DNA of 64,000 bases from Candidatus Cloacimonadales bacterium. GTDB lineage: Bacteria; Cloacimonadota; Cloacimonadia; Cloacimonadales; DAONDQ01. Of this stretch, positions 61,501 through 64,000 are shown piece by piece (the stretch's first letter is position 1; each line of letters opens with the position of its first letter). Below the pieces are notes generated by a model. That model had not been told where the DNA came from, searched no databases, and saw nothing but the letters and a program-made list of their open reading frames with translations. The stretch covers positions 1,184,001 through 1,248,000 of the forward strand of contig OY759316.1 of NCBI GenBank assembly GCA_963662275.1, in the 5' to 3' direction. A program made the position numbers and the translations under genes.

Positions 61501-62005
61501 CTTGCATTGTATTCCCTGTAGAGCCATTGAACATTGAGCTGTATGTGGAAATCGGATGGGTATATTCCGTTTGATCAGAAAAACGGATAAAAATCACAAT
61601 GTTATTAATTGCACCTGTATGTGGTGCATTTCCTATACCATTAGAGTTGGTTCGCTGATATCCGCTTCTCCTGATTCGTCCGATTTCCTCAGGTGATTTA
61701 TTCACCAAAGGTTTGATGCCTGAAGCAGCAGGATTATCTTTACCCACTATGGCTGAAGATTGAGTAATGTCGGAACCCTTTTGCATGGCATAAACATACC
61801 AGCCTTTATCATTAAGCATAATAGTATAACCCTCTTTATCGTGTACCCAATTATAGAATTCGTCTCCTGATGCATATAGATTGAGAACTGTACCATCAGG
61901 TTGTTTGTCGGTGATTGGCTGATTCCTTAGATATGCAGCAAAAAGAATAGAGTTGAATGCAAAAGACAATAGTAGAAACATAATAAATAACTTTATAGAT
62001 TTCAT
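55589..62005 (-). CDS. Large M6 metalloprotease (2138 aa) with about 10 FN3, two cleaved-adhesin-like domains and a FlgD-Ig/T9SS-like tail
   Basis: CHEMFHSIGAPDLY; RBS AAGGAGG before ATG 62005; EGFEGTFP..GW...DEWLITP...YAGQNIKLAW..DDI twice; GNYPNPFNP tail. Confidence 0.9.
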   Translation of the reverse strand: MKSIKLFIMFLLLSFAFNSILFAAYLRNQPITDKQPDGTVLNLYASGDEFYNWVHDKEGYTIMLNDKGWYVYAMQKGSDITQSSAIVGKDNPAASGIKPLVNKSPEEIGRIRRSGYQRTNSNGIGNAPHTGAINNIVIFIRFSDQTEYTHPISTYSSMFNGSTGNTMQAYFNEASYNQLNVTSTFYPIPGTIVVSWQDSHPRNYYRPYNVTTNTIGYQEADVMSREHTLLVNAVTAVRSAIPTTLNIDGDNDGNVDNVCFVIQGNTDGWNDLLWPHRWVLYSQTVTINTKRVYDYNFQLSGSMATEGVGVLCHEMFHSIGAPDLYHYIDDGNEPVGYWDIMEGNTNPPQHMSAYMKFKYGLWISSIPVINAAGTYSLNSLVNSTNNCYRINTANSTTEYYVLEYRKKTGTFENSLPGSGLIVYRINSAVVGNDDGPPDEVYAYRVNGTMTDNGDVDQANFSTEVGRTTFNSNTNPNPFLSTGTMGDITLSSIGSSSGNSITFNYGSQIPQVPIIENFESGFTSLPWTFSGNANWTIDTVQHYNGIKSAKSGVITHSQETTMQVNVTSITGQVNFYYKVSSENDFDFLYFYVDGVIKSEWSGEVNWSFATFDITAGNHVLKWVYSKDESESVGSDCAWVDYIGLSSNSTGFNPPTNFNAVAGNTSAILTWNAPISGTPSGYKVFRNSTLVTTLASTVMTYTNTGLTNGTPYEFWMTATYTNPVGESPATAHITVTPSVPSLNPPTNLVATQTAASTVTLTWQLPGTTTGGITEGFEGTFPAAGWTQTITDNSTNTYGVLPTWCQVGAISSISATPHGGVKQVGLWWSMNHQDEWLITPQFVCPSAGNLTFWSYCTQGSTKLDHYYVKVSTNNGSSWTVLWDASTLPQLENHYTTPYTISLSAYAGQNIKLAWQGIDGPSMDGIWNYWFLDDITVSGSRNVIRFNSDDFTVRSETSPLTVKPVSMGTIQNQTRSGNVLPLAPLPSRSLTGVKVYRNNTLIQTIANATAVQYVDTGVLPGTYIYKVSCYYTNPTGESVYSNESSVTIPGTSFNPPTNFNAVAGNASAILTWSAPMSGTPSGYKVFRNSTLVTTLASTVMTYTNTGLTNGTPYEFWMTATYTNPVGESSATTHITVTPSVPTLNPPTNLVATLTAASTVTLTWQLPSTTPGGITEGFEGTFPATGWTQTITDHSTNTYGVLPTWCQVGTINTDPVAMPHGGVKQVGLWWSMNHQDEWLITPQFVCPSAGNLTFWSYCFQGSTNLDHYYVKVSTNNGSSWTVLWDASTLPELENPYTTPYTISLSAYAGQNIKLAWQGIDGPNMDGLWYYWFLDDITVSGSRNVIHFNSDDFTVRSESSPMTVKPISIGTIQNQTRNGNVLPLAPLPSRSLTGVKVYRNNTLLQTIANATAVQYVDTGVLPGTYIYKVSCYYTNPTGESAYSNESSVTIPVTTFNPPTNFHAVAGNASAALTWSAPTSGTPTNYKVYRNNTLVTTLASTVMSYTNTGLTNGIAYEFWITAVYSNPTGESPATTHITVTPVAPTFNPPTNLVAIQTAWNAVTLTWQLPARSKSSSNNGNSLTREGYTQLKTNQSDRSLAAVKVYRNGSLLHTIPNATTTQYIDTSVVPGTYIYKVTCYYTNPIGESPYSNEATVIIPAYVFNPPTNFNALAGHELATLTWAAPTSGTPTGYKVYRNNTLLTTLAASVLTYTNTGLSYSTTYEYWVTATYSNPTGESAATAHITVILETPPMNPPTNLSAVQTAWNVVTLTWQLPEEIIPGAVKRYEGLFRDRSLAGVKIYRNSSLLETIANITAVQFADSSVVPGTYLYQVTCFYTNPVGESAFSNDASITIPPYEFNPPTNFAAVAGNASATLTWAAPVSGTQTGYKIYRNNELAATFDSTVTTYQSTDLINGTPYEFWITATYTHPTGESAGTEHITVTPLAPLLNPPTNLTGSIMTGNSVHLAWDAPVIEEHVVSNKDAEYPNRSLLGYRIYQNNISIQDVMNPQTLVYDVMDIVNGSYSYKVTALYTEGESDPSNTISVVGNQDPMMPILTALHGNYPNPFNPTTVISYSIRKTDYVSIEIYNALGQKVKTLVNSRIEAGNHTTTWNGNAEKGVPLSSGIYFYQMKAGNYSYLKKMVLLK
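57651..60057 (-). repeat. Intragenic tandem duplication of about 1.2 kb
   Basis: Anchor GGTGGATTGA at 57651, 58851 and 60048, with long near-identical stretches between the two units. Confidence 0.9.
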
Positions 62006-62053
62006 GTTCGCCTCCTTACATGATAGTATATTTTTAGATATCCCAAGATTAAT

Positions 62054-62059
62054 TGTCAA
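62054..62059 (-). promoter_or_regulatory. TTGACA -35 element (representative of a recurrent pattern)
   Basis: TTGAC(A/G) lies 53-62 nt upstream of nine start codons (107, 24615, 27281, 32738, 39866, 45927, 52067, 55480, 62054). Confidence 0.6.
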
Positions 62060-62894
62060 GTAATTATGCAAATAAAGTAAAAACATTCCTTCAATCGCAA
62101 GTTTAAATTTGGTAATGTTTAATATTAATGTTTTCTGGTATATTGGTGGATGAGCATTGTCCTTGATCTGAATAATAATATCTGAATCAATGTAGAGACG
62201 CCCAACTTGGGCGTCTCTACTATCTGGAAATGGAATGCGAATTGAATGAGACGCCCAAGTTAGGCGTCTCCCTCTCTTTTGCAAAGAGAGGGGTTAGGTC
62301 CCTGAGCGTAGTCGAAGGGGAGAGTTAGTTCTTCAACCCTGAAACCAGCCGATAACAATCAGAAAAGATACTACCAATTTCTATCCAATTCCATACCAAT
62401 CACATACAAATCCCTTACAAATCTCCTTCCTGTTTCAAGAAACAGGATTGAAACAGGATTAAAACAGGAATGAAATTAGTAATACATAGGCGGTCTTTTT
62501 GACATCAGGTTGTAGGAAGTTATCTTCAGCAATGCTCACACTAAAAGATTCTGAAATATATTAATTAATAATTGACAGACGATGCAAGTAAATATTTAAG
62601 ATTGAAAATTGAAGATTGAAGGTTGAAGATGGAGCGCTGATTTTTCATCGGTGGATAGGTCGTATTGTTTGTGACGCAACGCATACTGTGGTTTCAGGTT
62701 ATAGAATTGAAACAGAGTGCTGGTAAATACTGGATCGAATTTCTTAGGAAACAGGTTTTCGAAATAAGAATGATAGGGGTGGCGAACTCCGTTTCGCCAC
62801 ATGCCAAATCAGAGTTTGGCATCCCAGCTTTTGAGTAAACTCAAAAAGCTTGAAAATGTTTGAACCAGAAACCAAATAAATTGGGAGGAAATCA

Positions 62895-64000
62895 ATGAAG
62901 TTGATTTGTAGTCTATTTGTAATGTTGCTTTTTGCACTAACCTTAACTGCACAGGAAAGCGGATATTTGATGACTTGGGGTAGTATGAAAGGAAGTTCAT
63001 TAGGAAACAATATTGTAAAAATTACAGCCGGAAATTGGCACAGCCTTGCTTTAAAGTCAGACAGTTCATTAGTTGCTTGGGGAAATAATACTTCAGGACA
63101 ATGCAATGTACCAGAAGGAAACAATTTTATAGCAATAAGTGCTCGAGAAAATCACAACCTTGTCTTACAATCAGATGGTTCTCTAGTAGCTTGGGGGAGT
63201 AATGATCATGGACAATGCAATGTACCCAATGGTAATAATTTTACAGCTATTGTTGCAGGTGATTGGCACGATCTTGCCATAAAATCAGATGGTTCGCTGG
63301 TAGCCTGGGGAGATAATAGTAATGGACAATGCGATGTTCCAGCAGGTAATAATTTTACAGCTATTGCAGCTGGATTCGGTCACAGTATTGCTTTGAAGTC
63401 TGATGGTTCAATAGTCGCCTGGGGAAGAAATTATGAAGGACAATGTAATGTACCTATAGGAAACAATTTTACAGTTATTGCTGCTGGCAACTTATATAGT
63501 CTAGCATTAAAGTCAGACGGATCTGTGCTTATCTGGGGTGATAATGAATCTGGTCAGTACAATGCACCCATTGGATATAGTTTTACTGCTATTTCTGCCG
63601 GTATGGGTCATATCATTGCTTTGAAAACTGATGGTATGCTGGTTGCTTGGGGAAGAAATGATTGTGGGCAATGCGATATCCCGGCTGGAAACGATTTTAC
63701 TACCATCACTGCTGGAGGATTGCACAATATTGTACTAAAGTCTGACGGATCTGTCCTTACAGTCGGTGACAATAGTAACGGGCAATGCAATGTGCCAGTT
63801 GGTAACACATTTACATCAATTGCTTCTGGGGGAAATCATTGCCTTGCATTGAAGGGAGATGGTTCATTGGCTGGATGGGGAAATAACGATTCAGGGCAAT
63901 GCAATGTACCAATGGGATTTGATTTCACTACTATTTCTGCTGGTGGATATAATATGGGTGGTCATAGCCTTGCTTTGAAGGGAGATGGCACACTGGTTGC
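62895..64000 (+). CDS. Secreted RCC1/BLIP-II-type beta-propeller repeat protein, partial (runs off the window; absent from the ORF track)
   Basis: RBS GGGAGG, signal peptide MKLICSLFVMLLFALTLTA, about 9 copies of a 38-aa (114-bp) unit GQCNVPxGNNFTAIAAGxxHSLALKSDGSLVAWGxN. Confidence 0.9.
   Translation, partial: MKLICSLFVMLLFALTLTAQESGYLMTWGSMKGSSLGNNIVKITAGNWHSLALKSDSSLVAWGNNTSGQCNVPEGNNFIAISARENHNLVLQSDGSLVAWGSNDHGQCNVPNGNNFTAIVAGDWHDLAIKSDGSLVAWGDNSNGQCDVPAGNNFTAIAAGFGHSIALKSDGSIVAWGRNYEGQCNVPIGNNFTVIAAGNLYSLALKSDGSVLIWGDNESGQYNAPIGYSFTAISAGMGHIIALKTDGMLVAWGRNDCGQCDIPAGNDFTTITAGGLHNIVLKSDGSVLTVGDNSNGQCNVPVGNTFTSIASGGNHCLALKGDGSLAGWGNNDSGQCNVPMGFDFTTISAGGYNMGGHSLALKGDGTLV

Noticed and set aside
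62006..62284. 93-aa N-terminal extension of the 2231-aa ORF
   Set aside because: It runs through REP palindromes; the RBS, signal peptide and paralogues place the start at 62005
62596..63808. Minus-strand ORFs near the right edge
   Set aside because: Most are shadows of the plus-strand RCC1-repeat gene; the rest overlap its leader and a heptamer run
1..64000. Complete DGR cassette, prophage, tRNA or rRNA genes
   Set aside because: No reverse transcriptase, AAC-rich template repeat, phage structural gene or recognisable structural RNA was found by eye; a covariance-model scan was not possible

Overview
AT-rich bacterial chromosomal window. The secreted M6 proteases with FlgD-Ig/T9SS-like tails and the gene content suggest Candidatus Cloacimonadota or a related FCB lineage; this is inference, not checked. 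Left to right: an Eis-like acetyltransferase; a four-gene minus-strand candidate immune operon (DUF4062-STAND-TPR, PfkB-like/AAA+/RyR, a truncated DUF4062 and a TIR-TIR protein); a GH13 enzyme; a TerB/FHA-like ABCG transporter with a lipoprotein; DUF2851, mtgA, tcdA and a TatD hydrolase; an LPS/glycosyltransferase cluster. That cluster is interrupted by a plus-strand island holding a BsuBI/PstI-like domain, an MvaI/BcnI-type R-M pair and a frameshifted FGE/CLec gene with a DGR-like variable region. Then come a B12-binding protein heading an ABC exporter operon; an arginine synthetase-like gene plus carbamate kinase, bracketed by a perfect 53-bp inverted repeat; a complete Mutator/IS256-like IS with TIRs and an 8-bp TSD; a GyrI-like gene; an FN3 protein and three tandem M6 metalloproteases; and an RCC1-repeat gene running off the right edge. 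Intergenic DNA is a mosaic of REP-like palindromes, heptamer tandem repeats and 11-bp-phased arrays, and two REP copies are translated in frame inside tatD. No rRNA, tRNA or CRISPR array was recognised. All domain calls come from motif recognition by eye, not database searches.
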